Assembly: GCF_000143415.4 (NCBI RefSeq)
Contig: NW_003314302.1
Location: 933,820 to 997,819 of the forward strand
Length of the DNA: 64,000 bases
Direction of reading: 5' to 3'
From: Selaginella moellendorffii
Taxonomy: Eukaryota > Plantae > Lycopodiophyta
This document shows positions 1 to 14,717 of this stretch, one piece after another (position 1 is the first letter of the stretch; every line of letters starts with the position of its first letter). The notes under the pieces are model-generated. The model ran no database searches. It had not been told where the DNA came from and saw nothing but the letters and a program-made list of their open reading frames with translations. The translations under genes and the position numbers were made by a program.

Positions 1-1835
1 ACTCGCTTTTTTTCCTGGGATAAGAGGGCAATTCACAATATCCCTGCTACCTAGGCCTTCTCCCAATAGATGAACTCACACACGATCAATGCCACTGAGC
101 TTGTTCACCGTTATGCAATATTTGCATTACCATAGTTTGTGGCCATGCCCTTTGCTCTCAAGCACACTTACCTCATCCCACCACCATGAAGAAGGATGCT
201 TTTGCCCATGCAATATGCTGGATTGGTTGCCATGTTTAGTGCACCCTAGATTGTTGCGTATGCCTTGGATCTGAAACTAAATTAGTGTTATGAACACGAG
301 CCATGATCCTGACTATGATGGCTGGGATCATAGCCCATATTTGTAATAGTATATACTGTTCACAAACACGGCTATGTTTGTGAAACACGATGAATATGGC
401 CAATATCCCAGCCGTGTTCATAACTATGATATACATAGTTATACCCCTATATACCCCTTTCATAAATGGAATGTGTTCATTCTAGAAAAACCTTCTAATC
501 ACCATATGAACTCGACTCTTCCACTCTAGATCCATCAAATCTATAATATGGACTTAGCTCTACTTGCTAAAAAACGAGGAAAGGCAGCCACTTCCACTTA
601 CTTGAGATGATACCATTGGCACTAAAAGTTCTACATTTGGCCATTTCTTCCCCCTTATGCCTTTCTCAGAGTCAATAACCTTTTGCATGTTACCCAACTC
701 CGCCTTTTTATTACCTGGGATAAGAGGGCAATTCACAATATCCCTGCTACCTAGGCCTTCTCCCAATAGATGAACTCACACACGATCAATGCCACTGAAC
801 TTGTTCACCATTATGCAATATTTGCATTACCATAGTTTGTGGCCATGCCCTTTGCTCTCAAGCACACTTACCTCATCCCACCACCATGAAGAAGGATGCT
901 TTTGCCCATGCAATATGCTGGATTGGTTGCCATGTTTAGTGCACGCTAGATTGTTGCGTGTGCCTTGGATCTGAAACTAAATTAGTGTTATGAACACGAG
1001 CCATGATCCTGACTATGATGGCTGGGATCACAGCCCATATTCGTAATAGTATATACTGTTCACAAACACGGCTATGTTTGTGAAACACGATGAATATGGC
1101 CAATATCCCAGCCATGTTCATAACTATGATATACATAGTTATACCCCTATATACCCCTTTCATAAATGGAATGTGTTCATTCTAGAAAAACCTTCTAATC
1201 GCCATATGAACTCGACTCTTCCACTCTAGATCCATCAAATCTATAATATGGACTTAGCTCTACTTGCTAAAAAACGAGGAAAGGCAGCCACTTCCACTTA
1301 CCTGAGATAATACCATTGGCACTAAAAGTTTTACATTCGGCCATTTCTTCCCCCTTATGCCTTTCTCAGAGTCAATAACCTTTTGCATGTTACCCAACTC
1401 CGCCTTTTTATTACCTGGGATAAGAGGGCAACTCACAATATCCCTGCTACCTAGGCCTTCTCCCAATAGATGAACTCACACACGATCAATGCCACTGAGC
1501 TTGTTCACCATTATGCAATATGCAGTTTGTGGCCATGCCCTTTGCTCTCAAGCACACTTACCTCATCCCACCACCATGAAGAAGGATGCTTTTGCCCATG
1601 CAATATGCTGGATTGGTTGCCATGTTTAGTGCACCCTAGATTGTTGCGTGTGCCTTGGATCTGAAACTAAATTAGTGTTATGAACACGAGCCATGATCTT
1701 GACAATGATGGCCAGGATCACAGCCCGTATTTATAATAGTATATACTGTTCACAAACACGGCTATGTTTGTGAAACACGATGAATATGGCCAAGATCCCA
1801 GCCATGTTCATAACTATGATACACATAGTTATACC
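1..1835. repeat. ~700-bp tandem repeat (about 2.6 units) derived from a degenerate hAT-type BED zinc-finger region
   Basis: The same sequence recurs at a 700-nt period (e.g. CCTGGGATAAGAGGGCAA at 14, 714 and 1414). The minus strand reads W..V......GHKLW*CKYC....SGIDRV*VHLLG......IVNCP, the BED-finger pattern of plant hAT transposases, with stops. Confidence 0.75.
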
Positions 1836-2429
1836 TCCCCCCGCCCGCGCCCCCTATCCATATATGAAAGCATGGATTGGGTTTCACCCCAATCCCAAGA
1901 GTTGGTCTCTGAGACAATCTCAAAAACTTCCTAAATATAGAATAACATTAGATTGCAGAAAACAATACCATTGTGTTCAATACAATCTTTACATTTAGTA
2001 AATATGCATAATTAGCAAAATTAGACACTTTTTATAAATAACTAATGGGAGCACGAGGCATGAATGCAAAAGTGTCTGGTAGATATGATAAACTATCACA
2101 TAGTCATATTAAAGGTTTAGTGCTCAATATTTAACAAGCTAGTGCAAAATAAAGTAAAAGAGAATTAAAAAATTGGGCCAAATATGTTTGGCTAAATAGT
2201 TACTTAGGAATTCCTTCTTTATGCTCATTTAATCAAGTACAAATGATAAATTTAGTTTATTAACACTTGAGCAAAAGGGACTATCAAAGGGAACTAACAA
2301 TATCAATTTTGTGTCATCGTGTGTAATGCATATGATCATGGGATGGGATTTGGATATACTGTCACCATAAATCCTTGGAACCTTAGGGGATAAATGGGGA
2401 TAAAATAGCCACTAAGGGCTCTCTCATCA

Positions 2430-5400
2430 AGCAATTACCCCTTTTCCAGTTGGCTTAAGGGGAGAGAGATAAAGTGCACTACATCATGGCAATAATGAAA
2501 AAATATTTGAAAAAATTTGCCAATAAGTAATTGTTAATACCTTACAATCACATTCATATCAAAAGGGTAGTGTTCCCCTATATCTTAGGGCATCCTAAGG
2601 ATGTTAAATAGTCATAAAATGATCATTCATGGAATTGATAATTTTGTTTTAGAGGGATAGGTCTATAGTAATGGTGGTCTTGGATTACTAAAGGGATAGT
2701 AAAAATGGATATGGCCTTAGTGCAAAAAATTAGTATATTAGTAATACCTTTAGATATATGTGGAGCACTTTAACCATTTGCAAAATTAATATGACTCTAA
2801 AGCCAATTTTGTGGTTATCCTCAATTTGGGATGAAGATCTATAGAGGTTGTAACTAAGACTCTTCCAAATGGTTAAAAGTGTGGTTAAATTATTAAATTA
2901 GAATTGAAAATTAATCATTTATAACTTGATGTTATAAATATTTCTTAGTTTTACTCTTATTAGTAGTCAAATTTATCACCAGTCAATATTGACATTTGAA
3001 GGTCCCAAGAGTAGGGTTAAACTTGAGAAATAAGATGTTATGGATCTTAGCTCTTCACCTTAGTTTAAATATGAACTTGAAGTGTGGTGGATAGAAAGGA
3101 GGTTAATGAAAAAATGACTTTAGGATCTTGGGAACTATAAAAAGTTTCCCTCAAATAATTGAGGTTATGACTTATATGAAAGAATAATTTAGCATGGCTT
3201 TAATGTAGTTATGGTAAATAATTATAGTTAGGATCACTTGAAGGAAAGGGACTTTTAGACAATAAAAAAAATCATATGATTATCATCATGTAGTTGAGGA
3301 TAATGTTCATGAATTTGAGATTAAAAATGATGACCATAGGAAATCAAAACATGGCTAAGGATACATGTCCTTAATGTGGTAGTTTGGACTATTTCTCACC
3401 CAAAGAGAGTTGACATTCTCATGTTAGAAGGATGTTATTAAGAGGCAAGGTAGCTCATATGGAACAAAAGGGGATAATCAATTATTAAAATAATATTTGT
3501 AAGAATAACCTTGGATAGGATATGAATATAAAAAATTATATTCATGTGAGGTAACACTTCAAGAGTAGTTATGAAGTTACAACTTTATGGGTCATGAGAC
3601 TAGCATGTCCGAAAGTAAGATTTGAAATGATCTTAATCTTCAACAATGGGTATCTCATTAGTGTTTAAATGTCATATTAATACTATTTTGATTATCAGGC
3701 TCTTAACAAGATCACAGTCAAAAAAAGTTATCATTTACCTCACATTGATGATTTGTTTGACCAACTTATAAAGGCTAAGTATTTTATGCAACTTGATTTA
3801 TGATCCGGATATCATCAGATACGGGTGGCAAATCAAGATGTGGAGAAAACAACCTTTAAAACTTGTTATAAGTCCCATAAATTCCTCATTATATCATTTG
3901 GGTTATATAATGCTTCAATAATATTTAGTACAATAATGGATAGAATATTTAGAGATTATTTAGACACATTTTCTGTCCTATATATTAACGATGTTGTAGT
4001 CTTTAGTAAAACATTGGAGGATCATTTAAAACAGTTAGAGTTGGAGCTTCAAAAGTTGCGAGAGAATAAACTATATATTAAGGAGAGTAAATGTCAAATG
4101 CGTGTGAACTTTCTTAGGTATATAATTGGTGGTGGTGTAATCGAGGTGGATTCAAAGACAATGGAAGCAGAGAAGTCCTAGGAAATTTTGACTATTTTAT
4201 CAAATATTCATTCCTTTCTTGATTTAATGGGATCCTATCACAAGTTTGTTGAAATTTTACAAGTATTGCTCTTTTATTGACTAAGTTAATAAAGGGTAAT
4301 ATACCATTTCATTGGACACTAACTTATCAATGTGTTTTTGTACAATTAAAGAAGATCTTGACTATGGTTCCTATTCTCAAGATCTTAAATCTTGATAAAC
4401 TCTTCAAAGTGCATTATGATGCATCTAGCTATGTTATAGATGTCTTGTTGCAATAAAATTGTGACAATGTTGTTGGTGTTATGCTAAGGTGACGCAATTG
4501 TCTTATTGGTGTTTTACTTCAAGAAATTGGATGAAAACCCCATAAAGATGGCCAACGCACGAGAAAGAGTTATTTGCTATAGTGTTGGTATTGGAACATT
4601 TGAGATACTATTGGGTAGACATATTAAGGTTTATATAGATAGTAACACATTGAGCTACTTGACAATGTAGCCAATGCCTATGTTAACTTAAGTTCATTGG
4701 CAAGAGAAGCTCGCTAGATTTGATATTGAAATTATCTATAAACTTGATAAAGACCATATTGTTCCGGATGCCTTGAGTCGTCAGACTCAGTTCTAAGCAA
4801 TGTCGGCAATCAATTTTGACTAGTTGGAGGATGTTCGGGCTTCATATGGAAGTGACCCATTGGTAAAGGCAATATTGCATCATGCAAAGTTGGCAAAGCA
4901 GAACCTTAGTAGTGAAGCGGCGAAAGTTGCTAGTCACATCAATGAGAAGTTTCACTTCTCAGTTAGAAATGGGCTTATTTATTATAAGCAAGAAAGATTG
5001 TATCTTTTGTCCAAGGACCTATGATAGTTGATTCTGTGGGAATATCATGATGTTCTGGAAATAGGACATGGTGGTAAGGAAAAGAATCTTACCTCATTGA
5101 AAAAAGGATTTTTTTGGTCTAGTATGGAAAGTGATGTAATGGATTATGTCCATTTTTGCTCTATATACCAGCAGTGTAAGTGAAAAATTAAGAAGCAAGT
5201 TGGGAAGTTGTAGTGCATTCAAGCATTGACATAGCCATTTAAAAGTTTAACACTTGACTTCATCACTTGTTTGCTAAAGTCTAAAGGTTATGACACTTTG
5301 ATGGTGGTTGTGGATTAGTTGTCGAAGGTTACACACTTCATTCCAATTGTGGAAATAGTGAATACGAAGTAAGCAACAAAGCTCTTTTTCCATTAAGTAG

Positions 5401-6062
5401 TACAGGTTCATAAGCTTCATAAAGAGATGATCTCAGATAAAGATTTGAGATTTATGGGGTTTTGGGGCATATTGTTCCAGTTGTTTGGTACCAAATTAAA
5501 GTTTAGTATAGCTTATCATCCACAAACCAATGGGCAGATTGAACATGTGAATGCTCAAGTAGAAGATTATCTGTGGTATTATGTCGTGGTAGATCAATGC
5601 AACTAGGTTGATCATTTGGACATAGTAGAAATCTATTATAACAAAATATTTCATAATGCTCTTGGCTATTTTCCATGGCTGCAAAGGAATGCTTGTGAAG
5701 TTCCTTAACAGATTGTTGTACTGAAACCAATGTCCAAAATATTGGTCCTAGCCATGTAAAGCAGTTGCACTAAGGTTGGTCAAGAGCAACTAAGGTGATG
5801 GGTAAAACTCAAGATAGGTATCGACATGATAAGGATCAATATCCTCAAGATGTAACTTGTCAAGTGGGAGACCTGATGTAGTTATCCTCACAAAACTTGA
5901 ATGTAAAGGGATCTTTATTCTAGAAGTTGTTACCAACATTTGTTAATCCCTATCTAGTGTTAAAATGGATTGATGATATATCCTATTAGTTGGATCTTCT
6001 TGAGGAAATGTCCAATGTTCATAATGTATTTCATGCCAATGTATTGGCCCTATACACTATGG
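2430..6062 (+). mobile_element. Old degenerate Ty3/Gypsy (chromovirus) element O: LTR remnant plus gag/RT/RNaseH/integrase pseudogene (left part)
   Basis: From ~3690: DYQALNKITVK..LPHIDDLFDQL..DL*SGYHQIR, LYINDVVVFS (YxDD variant), RNaseH DAS, integrase LDFITCL and AYHPQTNGQ, with many stops. 2430-2920 resembles the 3' part of the A-family LTR. The left boundary is approximate. Confidence 0.85.
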
Positions 6063-8105
6063 TGTAAGCTATAAAGTTTTCTTTTCCAATTTGCTAGTTA
6101 TTTTATCTATTTGATTACCACTGCTTTGGCTTTAATTGAGTTCCCATGTTAAGATTCTCGTTTATTGTACCAACTCCCCACAAGCACAAACAACCAAGCA
6201 CACCAAACCTCTAGGTTCTTAAAATCCCTTAGTACAACAAGATTTGATTATGGGACCCTCTAATCCCAAGTTTTGGATGCATCACTTGCTTTGGGAAACA
6301 TTATGGTGTAACAGCCCAGTATAGATACCCTTACTCCCCACTTTCATCCTAAAGGGAAAGCATAAGCCCCTAGGAAGGAGTGAAGACTAATAAGCCATAA
6401 GTTACTCAAGTGGGGCACTATTTTATATGAGTTAAAAGCACCACAATTGGTTTCCCTTCCGAAAGTGGGAGTTATTTTTGAGCACTTTCTTGAGTAGCCT
6501 CTCTAGCACCACTTGAGTCCATGCTCACTCCCATCCAAAGCCCCTAACCCCAATCTCAACCTCAAGTTCATGTGGAGGCACTATTGGAGAATTCCTTTAA
6601 AACTATTTCTTGGACCTCACTATCCATATTATTTTAGAACACCATATAACCCTTTGTAAGTGATTAAATTTTCCATTCGACTTTAGGCACTTAACCACAC
6701 CTTCAACAACTTGAGGAGTCTCACTCACAACCTTCATAAATTTTATTCTGGACTTAGGGCTTGCTAACCCCAAGAATAGCATCCTTGCCATTCAACCTTT
6801 GCACTTAGTCTAAATGCTCCATGTGTCTGATCGCATGACCGACACCCAAAGGTACCACTGACATATCAACTCATTACACTAAAGCCATGCCCATTCACTT
6901 TTGTCACATTGGTGATCCAACACCACCTACATCACAATCCTGTCTCTTAAAAGACTAGGCTATCCATCCATGAGTAATCATCCAAGATCCACTCCTTAGC
7001 ATCCTTAAGATGCCTGCAAATATGGAGAACAACCTTCCCTAATATCCCTTTTTAAGTCCGCACCAAATCCCTTTCTATCCATAGCCGTGTTCGCCAACAT
7101 TGCCACTGAGTCAAGGCCCATAAGCTTGACCACTAAGTCCCATTGCCCTTTGGGATTTCCTCACTATGTGACTGTATCCTTGGTCACAACACCAGAGGAC
7201 CGTTCCTCTTCCTTTCCATAGTTTGGGGCTTTGGGATAACATTTCGGAACACCATGGCCCTACGCGAGCCTCATGGGTCCTCTCCCCACCTTTCGAACTT
7301 GGACTCGGTCTCAGTCTTGGTTTGAGACTTGGTTTCAGACTTAGATTCAGACTTGGACTTAGTCTTGGTCTTGGTTCCATCTCCGACTCCATCTCGAGTC
7401 CATCTCAAACTCTATCTCGGACTCCATCTCGGGTCCATCTCTAGCTCTATCTCGGGTCCATCTCTAACTCTATCTTTAACTCCATTTTGGGTCCATCCTA
7501 AATTCCATCTCGGGTCTATTTCGGATTCATCTTGGGCTCCATTTTGGATCCATCTTGGACTTCATCTTGGGTTTATCTCAACACTTCCATATGTCATGTA
7601 TTGGTCCTTTTGTGTCCCTTTTCTAGAGACTCACTTATTACTTTTTTCATGCTCGTTCCTTGAGCACTTCAGCACTTCATTGAGAGTTCCACTCCTGCTC
7701 TCGACTTTCCAAGTCGGAGCTTTTAGTCCAAACATGTTATGCTCGTTTGACTTTCGCCTCAACCACTACCACATGGCCCCCTTTCGGCTCCACTTTAGGG
7801 GCTTAGGGATTTGTGTCTCACACACCCCCACACACCCCCACACCCCCTTCCCCCCCCCCCCCCCCCTTATGGGATGATCGCTTTATGCTTTCACCCTATG
7901 ACATATATTAGTATTTGGATTCGGTCTCAGACTCGGTCTCAAACTAGATTTTGGACTCGGTCTTGGACTCGATCTCAAACTTAGTCTCATAGTTGATCTT
8001 GGACTTAATCTTGAACTCAGTGTCATCCGATGAACCCTTTATCATTTTGGTCGTGGTTTTAGGGATCCTTTAGCCTACAACACCTTGGGGGGTTGGTTTC
8101 TTACA
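6063..8105 (-). repeat. 3' LTR of element X (interrupted by an A-family LTR)
   Basis: TG...CA ends (TGTAAG...CTTACA); homologous to 46706-47872; adjacent to the PPT. Confidence 0.8.
6655..7822 (-). repeat. A-family solo LTR with internal deletion
   Basis: Begins TGTAAGTGATT and ends TGTGTCTCACA like the A/B/C LTRs; contains a degenerate GACTCCATCTC array; no clean TSD. Confidence 0.8.
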
Positions 8106-8529
8106 ATTCCACCACCCATAGAAGAAGTTTAATACCCACATCAAATGTCTATTTTTAATTTTACAACTTGTTGATTATGTCTTTGGGGGCATTCCCCCAC
8201 TAACAGTAACCCTATGTTAACCTCCCCTCCCAATAGGTATAGATGTCCCTATACCCCTCCCTCCCCTCGCCCTAGTATAGAGTTGAGACTTAAATCTAGC
8301 TTTGCTTTACTAGAGAGTTAAGAGTTGAACCCAACCTCCGTAGCATACGTCTATGGGTTTGATATCCCCCTCAGGGAGTCAAGCGTAGCTCCCTATGCCT
8401 AGTCGACCTAGTTAAACCCATGCTAATTAGCTTACTTTCTGTGTGATTTCGGGTCCCAACATATGCCATTGCTTAATTTCACAAATGGATACTTTAATTG
8501 AACTTTGCATAAGTATATAGAGTTTTACC

Positions 8530-9128
8530 TTGCAAAAATTCCTCCACTAGATCTTGTGCATTTGCTAGATTCTTCTTTGGTTACTATATTACTTCGTAGT
8601 GTGGAAATCCTTTTCACTTCATATAGAACTCCCTCATCTTGCATCTTTGTCGCTTGCTTTTGCACACATTGAGGATGGCTTTGACCTTGTATTCCTCTTC
8701 TGCTTGGATAACCTTGAGTAAAAGTCTTACTTGGTCCTTGCGAAGCAAATCCTCAAAGTACAGCTTGAGTTAGTTGACGTGGAATATAGAGTGCATCTTT
8801 GCCATCTCCCGATGAAGTCAGAGGTGATAAGCCACTTTACTAATTCGAGCCTCAATCTCATAAGGCCCCATGAACATACTTAAGGAATTTAAGATTAGTT
8901 CATTTCCAGGAATACATGTATTGTACCTTTGGGTCAACTTCCAACTGATCCCACTTGATAGCTTTATTTTTGGTGTTCAACCACACCTTTTCCCTAGGTT
9001 GGAACTCTACGTCTTGGTGCTTTTAGTTCACGTATTTTGTTTGCTTTTGTTGAGCCCATTCCGAGGAATCCCTCACTAGATTCTAAATATTGAGTCTTTC
9101 TGCTATAAATGCTTCTACTATGGGTAAT
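8530..9128 (-). pseudogene. Integrase C-terminus and chromodomain remnant of element X
   Basis: Minus strand DVEFQP..KVWLNTKN, then EEEYKVKAILN...KGFPHYEV...NLANAQDLVEEF, with stops and frameshifts. Confidence 0.65.
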
Positions 9129-11598
9129 TGTGAGATACAAATCCCTAAGCCGCAAAGTGGAGCCAAAAGGGTGCCACGTGGTAGTGGCCAAAGTGAAAGC
9201 CAAACGAGCGTAACATGTCTGGACTAAAAGCTCTGACTCGAAAGGTCGAGAGCGGGAGTGGAACTCCTAATGAAGTGCTTGAGAAACAAGCACGAAAAGA
9301 GCAATAAGTGAGTCTCTGAAAAAGGGACACAAGAGGACCAACACATGATACGTGGAAGTGTCCAAGATGGAGTTTGAGAAGGACCCAAGATGGAGTCCGA
9401 GATAGACTCGAGATGGAGTCCGAGATGGACCCGAGATGGAGTCCGAGATAGACCCGAGATGGAGTCTGAGATGGACTTGAGATGGAGTCCGAGATGGACC
9501 CGAGATAGAGTCCGAGATGAAGTCCGAGATGGAGTCCGAGATGGACCCGAGATGGACCCGAGATGGAGTTCGAGATAGAGTCTAAGATAGAGTCTGAGAT
9601 GGACCCAAGATGGAGTCCGAGATGGACCCGAGATGGAGTCTGAGATGGACCCGAGATGGAGTCTGAGATGGACCCGAGATGGAGTCTGAGATGGAGTTTG
9701 AGATGGATCCGAGATAGAGTCCGAGATGAAGTTCAAGATGGAGTCCGAGATGGACCTGAGATGGACTCGAGATGGAGTCCGAGATGGAGTCTGAGATGGA
9801 CCTGAGATGGACTCGAGATGGAGTCCGAGGTGGACCCGAGATGGAGTCTGAGATGGACCCGAGATGGAGTCTGAGATGGACCCGAGATGGACCTGAGATG
9901 GAGTCCGAGATAGAGTCCAAGATAGAGTCTGAGATGGACCCAAGATGGAGTCCGAGATGGACCCAAGATAGAGTTCGAGATGAAGTTTGAGATGGAGTCC
10001 AAGATGGAGTCCAAGATAGAGTCTAAGATAGACCTGAGATGGAGTTTGAGATGGATCCAAGATAGAGTCCGAGATGAAGTTCAAGATGGAGTCCGAGATG
10101 GACCTGAGATGGACTCGATATGGAGTCCAAGATGGAGTCTAAGATAGAGTCTAAGATGGACCCGAGATGGAGTCCAAGATGGACCCAAGATGGAGTCTGA
10201 GATGGACCCAAGATGGAGTCTGAGATGGACCCGAGATGGAGTCTGAGATGGAGTCTGAAATGGAATCCAAAATGGAGTCCGAGATGGACTTGAGATGGAG
10301 TCCGAGATGGTGTTCGAGATGGACCTGAGATGGAGTCCAAGATGAAGTTCGAGATGGAGTCCGATATGGACCCCAAATGGAGTCTGAGACAGAACCAAGA
10401 CCCAGACCGAGACCAAGACCGAGATTGAGATTGAGACCGAGTCCGAGTCTGAGGCCGAGGCTGAGACCGAGACCGAGTCCGAGTCCGAGTTTGGGTCCAA
10501 GTCCGAGTCCGAGCCTGAGTCCAATTCCGAGTCCAAGCCTGAGTCCAAGTCCGAGTCCGAGTCTGAATACTAATACAGGCTGTTGGGTGAAAGCCCAAAG
10601 CGATCATCCCCTGGGGGGGGGTATGCGGGCTGCAAGGGTTCCAAAAGTATAGTAGGGAGAGTGTGGGGGTTGGACCCCAGTGGAGCTAGTTTAGCCAGAA
10701 AAGACTAGTTTGGCCTAGGAAGGCCATATTTAGCTATTGGGTGATGATATAATCACTGAGAAGTCCAAGGCTAGAGTGAATATGGACTGACAAGTGGGGT
10801 GGTAGCTTGGTGAAATGTTCAAGAGCCGGCTTTAGTTCCCCTGAGAGATCGAATGGTCGATGCTCCCAATCCAAGCATGGGTGGCACTACCTACTTGGAT
10901 ACCTGGCATGGCTCAACAGAACCTCGCTCTAAGTCCATGGCTAGAGCACCTAAAGGTAGAAGGTGGGGAGAGTACTTATAAGGCTTGTATCGGGCCACAG
11001 TGTTCTGAAATATTGTCCCAAAGTCCCAAACTATGGAAAAGAAGAGGAGTGGTTTTTTGGGGTAGTGACCAAGGATATGGTCATGTGGTGAGGAAGTCTC
11101 AGAGGACAGTGGGACTTAGTGGTCAGGCCTATGGGCCTTGTCCCAGTGGCAGTGTTGGCGAACACGGCCATGGATAGAAAAAGGACTTGGTGGGGACTGT
11201 GAAAGGGATATTGGGGAAGGCTGTTCCCCATGTCTGTAGGCATCTTAAGGATGCTAAGGAGTGGATCTAGGATGGTCACTCATGGACAGATGGCCTAGTC
11301 TTTGAGAGACGAGACTGCGATGTAGGTAGTGTAGGACCACCGGTGTGACCAAGGTGAATGGGCATGGCCTTAGCGTAATGGGCTGATATGTCGGTGGTAC
11401 CTTGGGGTGTCGGTCATGGGATCAGACATGTGAAGCACTTGGACTAAGTGTAAAGGTTGAGTGGTATGAATGCCATTCTCAGGGCTAGCAAGCCCCAAGT
11501 CCTGAATTGGACTTATGGAGGTTGTGAATGAGACTCTTCCAAGTGGTCAGAGGTGTGGTTAAGTGACTAAAGTAAAATGAAAAAATTAATCACTTACA
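9129..11598 (+). repeat. A-family solo LTR with an expanded (~1.2 kb) tandem array
   Basis: TGTGAGA...CACTTACA ends; flanks GTAAT (9124-9128) and GTAAC (11599-11603) form a 5-bp TSD with one mismatch; array at ~9361-10566. Confidence 0.9.
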
Positions 11599-11603
11599 GT
11601 AAC

Positions 11604-14600
11604 TCTCTATGATACTCAGCTATGCCGAGTTCCATAAGACCTTCAATAGCTCACCCATTGATGACTTCCCATAGACTCACCCCAATACTCGAATATGGTG
11701 AATTTTTATAACACATTTTCACATGTCCCAAATGACTTACCTATTCAATCTAGTCTCTAGAGACATAGCATTGCAAATAATCCTCCAACTTCCTATTCAC
11801 CCTTTTCGTTTGTTCATCTATCAAAAAGTGTTATTGCCATCAAATTTGATTCAATATCCAATATCTGTCTGTGGGTGATGGGCTGTGCTAAATTTTAACT
11901 TTGTGCGATGCTACTTCAGGAGAGTTCTCCAGAATATACTAGTGAAGATCTTATCTCAAATTGAGATAATTTCTTTTGGCCTTCCCCACACTTGAACCAC
12001 TTGTTTGAAGAACAATTTTGCTATACTTTCTACATCCACTTCCATTGTGGTGAGTATGAAATGTGCCATTTTTGAAAACCAATCCACCACTACGAATATC
12101 ATATCAAACCACTCACTCGGGGGGAGTTTTGTAATGAAGTCCATCCTAAGATATTTCTACGGATGATTTGGAATAGGGAGACTTTGTAATAAGCCCCCAT
12201 TAGCCTTAGTCATGGCTTTGACCTGCTGACATGTTGAACATGTCTTTACATAGTCTTGGACATCCTTGGTCATATTTGGCTAGTGATACTTTCTCTTGAG
12301 GAAACCCATCGTCTTGCACACTCTACCTTGTCTCACAAGAGGTCCATCATGACACTTTTCTAAAACTACCTTCCTTAGTTCCCTTTATGGAACATATACC
12401 CTCATCTATTTATAATAGATTAGTCCATTACATTCTATATAACTTGTTTTCTCTTTTGTAAGCAGCTCATCTCTCTAGTGAGCACCCCATACCTTTTGGT
12501 TCCTTAGCAACACTTCTTGTACTAGACCATTATTCTTATACATCATTTGCACATCATCCCAAAAGGTTGCTGTCATGCTAGATGTCACGAACTTCAAGCT
12601 TGCATTTTGATTTAAAGCATCTCCCACGATATTGCTCTTCTCAGGTTTATACAAAATCTTGCAATCGAACTCAACCAAAACATTGGTTCACCAACCCTGT
12701 TTTTCTCATAGGTCGGGTTGTGACAAAAAGTGTTTCATTACCACATTGTCTATGTAAACTTTGAAGTGTTTCCCAAGGTAGTGTCACCACTCCTTGAGTG
12801 CCTTGACCACCGCAAACAGTTTCTTTTCATGGGCAAGCCACTTTCCCTAAGCCTTGTCCAACTTCTTTGAGAACAATGCCACTAGATGGTTGTCTTGCTT
12901 CAAAATTGCACCTAACAAAAAGTCTAAAGCATTTGTTTCTACCTCAAAGGCATTACCAAAGTTTAGTAATGCCAACGTAAAAGTCTTCCTCAATTTCCTT
13001 TTGAGGTGGACAAATATTGCCTCACATTTTGTTATCTATACCATATTTCCTTTCCTCATTTGATCTGTTAAAAATAGGGCTACTTTTGAATAATGTTTGA
13101 TAAACTTTTAGTAGTAGTTGCATAGCCCCAAGAATGCCCTTAACTCATGTATATTCAATGGTCGTTCCCATTCTCGACATTGGTCTAACACCTATTATAT
13201 CACTAAAGGTACTTCTTCTGTTCCTATATTTTTATCACTTCCCACTGAGAGTAAACACAAAAATGTTGTTTTGGTTCCTTTAGTGAGTTGTCTTTTCGTG
13301 GACATCAAATTCAAGCATGAGTGTTTGGCCTTACACACTTTACCTTTAGATCCTATACCTCCATCCTGGATTATTCTCCTAAAGTATTCACTAGTACCAC
13401 TAGGTTCTTACCTTATCTATGTAAAGCTACCACAAATTGATTGAACTAATCCATCCCAAAGATCATGTCAAATCCTACCATGTCCAACATGGTGAAATCC
13501 ATGTTTACTTTCCATATCTCTACTTCAACTCTTGCTTGTCGAAGTACTCTATCAATGCTTTGGCTGCTTTGAACAACCTCTATAGTTTTTGGTTCACCCA
13601 ACTGCTACATAATTAATTCAGCTTACCGAACTATGTCTGTAGCCATAAATGATCCAAAACACCCATGTCAATAAAAATCTTAATAAAGCTACCTCCAAGT
13701 TTCCTTTGGAGGGCTAGTAGATGTCGCAAACAACTCTCTACCAAAGTTGCTCATGTAATGAGTAACTTTGAGCTAGAGATTGAATCATGTACTTCAATTT
13801 GGATTTCACTCAACTTAATGCCCATATTGACTTTGGCCTTCTTCGGATAGGGACATTCTTTTAAAAAATATCCCACTTCATCACAGTTGAAGTATATATT
13901 ATTTCCCATGCTAGTAGTAGACTTGATTTTTTTATCTATGGGTTTGTCCCTTTTCACTTAACTCCCCCACGTATTTACTCACTAGCTTAGATTTGCTTTT
14001 TTGAAACTCTAAAGACTCATTCTTAGAAAAACTCTTCTTGGATTCCCCTTTGCTATATATCCCTCTTGGTTTAGCTCCTTTGCTAAACCTGGACCTCGAC
14101 TCTATTGTGTTCTCCTTTCACAGGTTATCATTAAAATACACTTTAATAGCTACATCTAATGCTTTCTTATAGTTGGTCAGGTTTCAATGCATCACCTTGC
14201 CTCAAACTCAAGTCTGTAAGCCTTATATGAAGGTATGGAACACATCTATGTTGCCTATGTTCGTAACAAGGATCTTCTTCGCTATAAACACATTCATGTA
14301 CTTTTGAATGATTCTTGTCTATTGTAGCATACTCCGCTCATCTCTTAGGTGCAGAGTAGCATTTGAAAGAACATAAGTTGCATAGTTCCTCACCTTCATC
14401 ATTTCCCAAGTGGCCACCAATCATTCGTTTGCATTTGTGTTCTCCACCAAGATTTAGCATTATTTACCAAGTATGGTTTTGTATATAAGACCTTTTTCAA
14501 GCTTTATAACTACAACGCTCTAAAGTAATCCTCCGTATCGTAACACTAATCTTCCAACACATTATACTCATTCACTCCCTTGAAGACTGGTGGTGTCTTT

Positions 14601-14717
14601 GGTTTATACTTGAGAACTGTTTGAGGGACTAATTCCACTTTGGTTTGTTTGACCTTGTTCAGTTCTACCTCAGTCCTCGCCAAAGGGTCCACACCTTCTG
14701 CACTACTAACATCTACA
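11604..14717 (-). pseudogene. Degenerate gag-protease-(RT largely deleted)-RNaseH-integrase of element X
   Basis: Integrase MDFITKLP...VVVDWFSKMAHF (11956-12144), RNaseH region ILYKP..NIVGDAL, RT thumb ELRAFLGLCNYY, zinc-knuckle-like CDEVGYFLKECP (~13850-13885). Confidence 0.85.
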
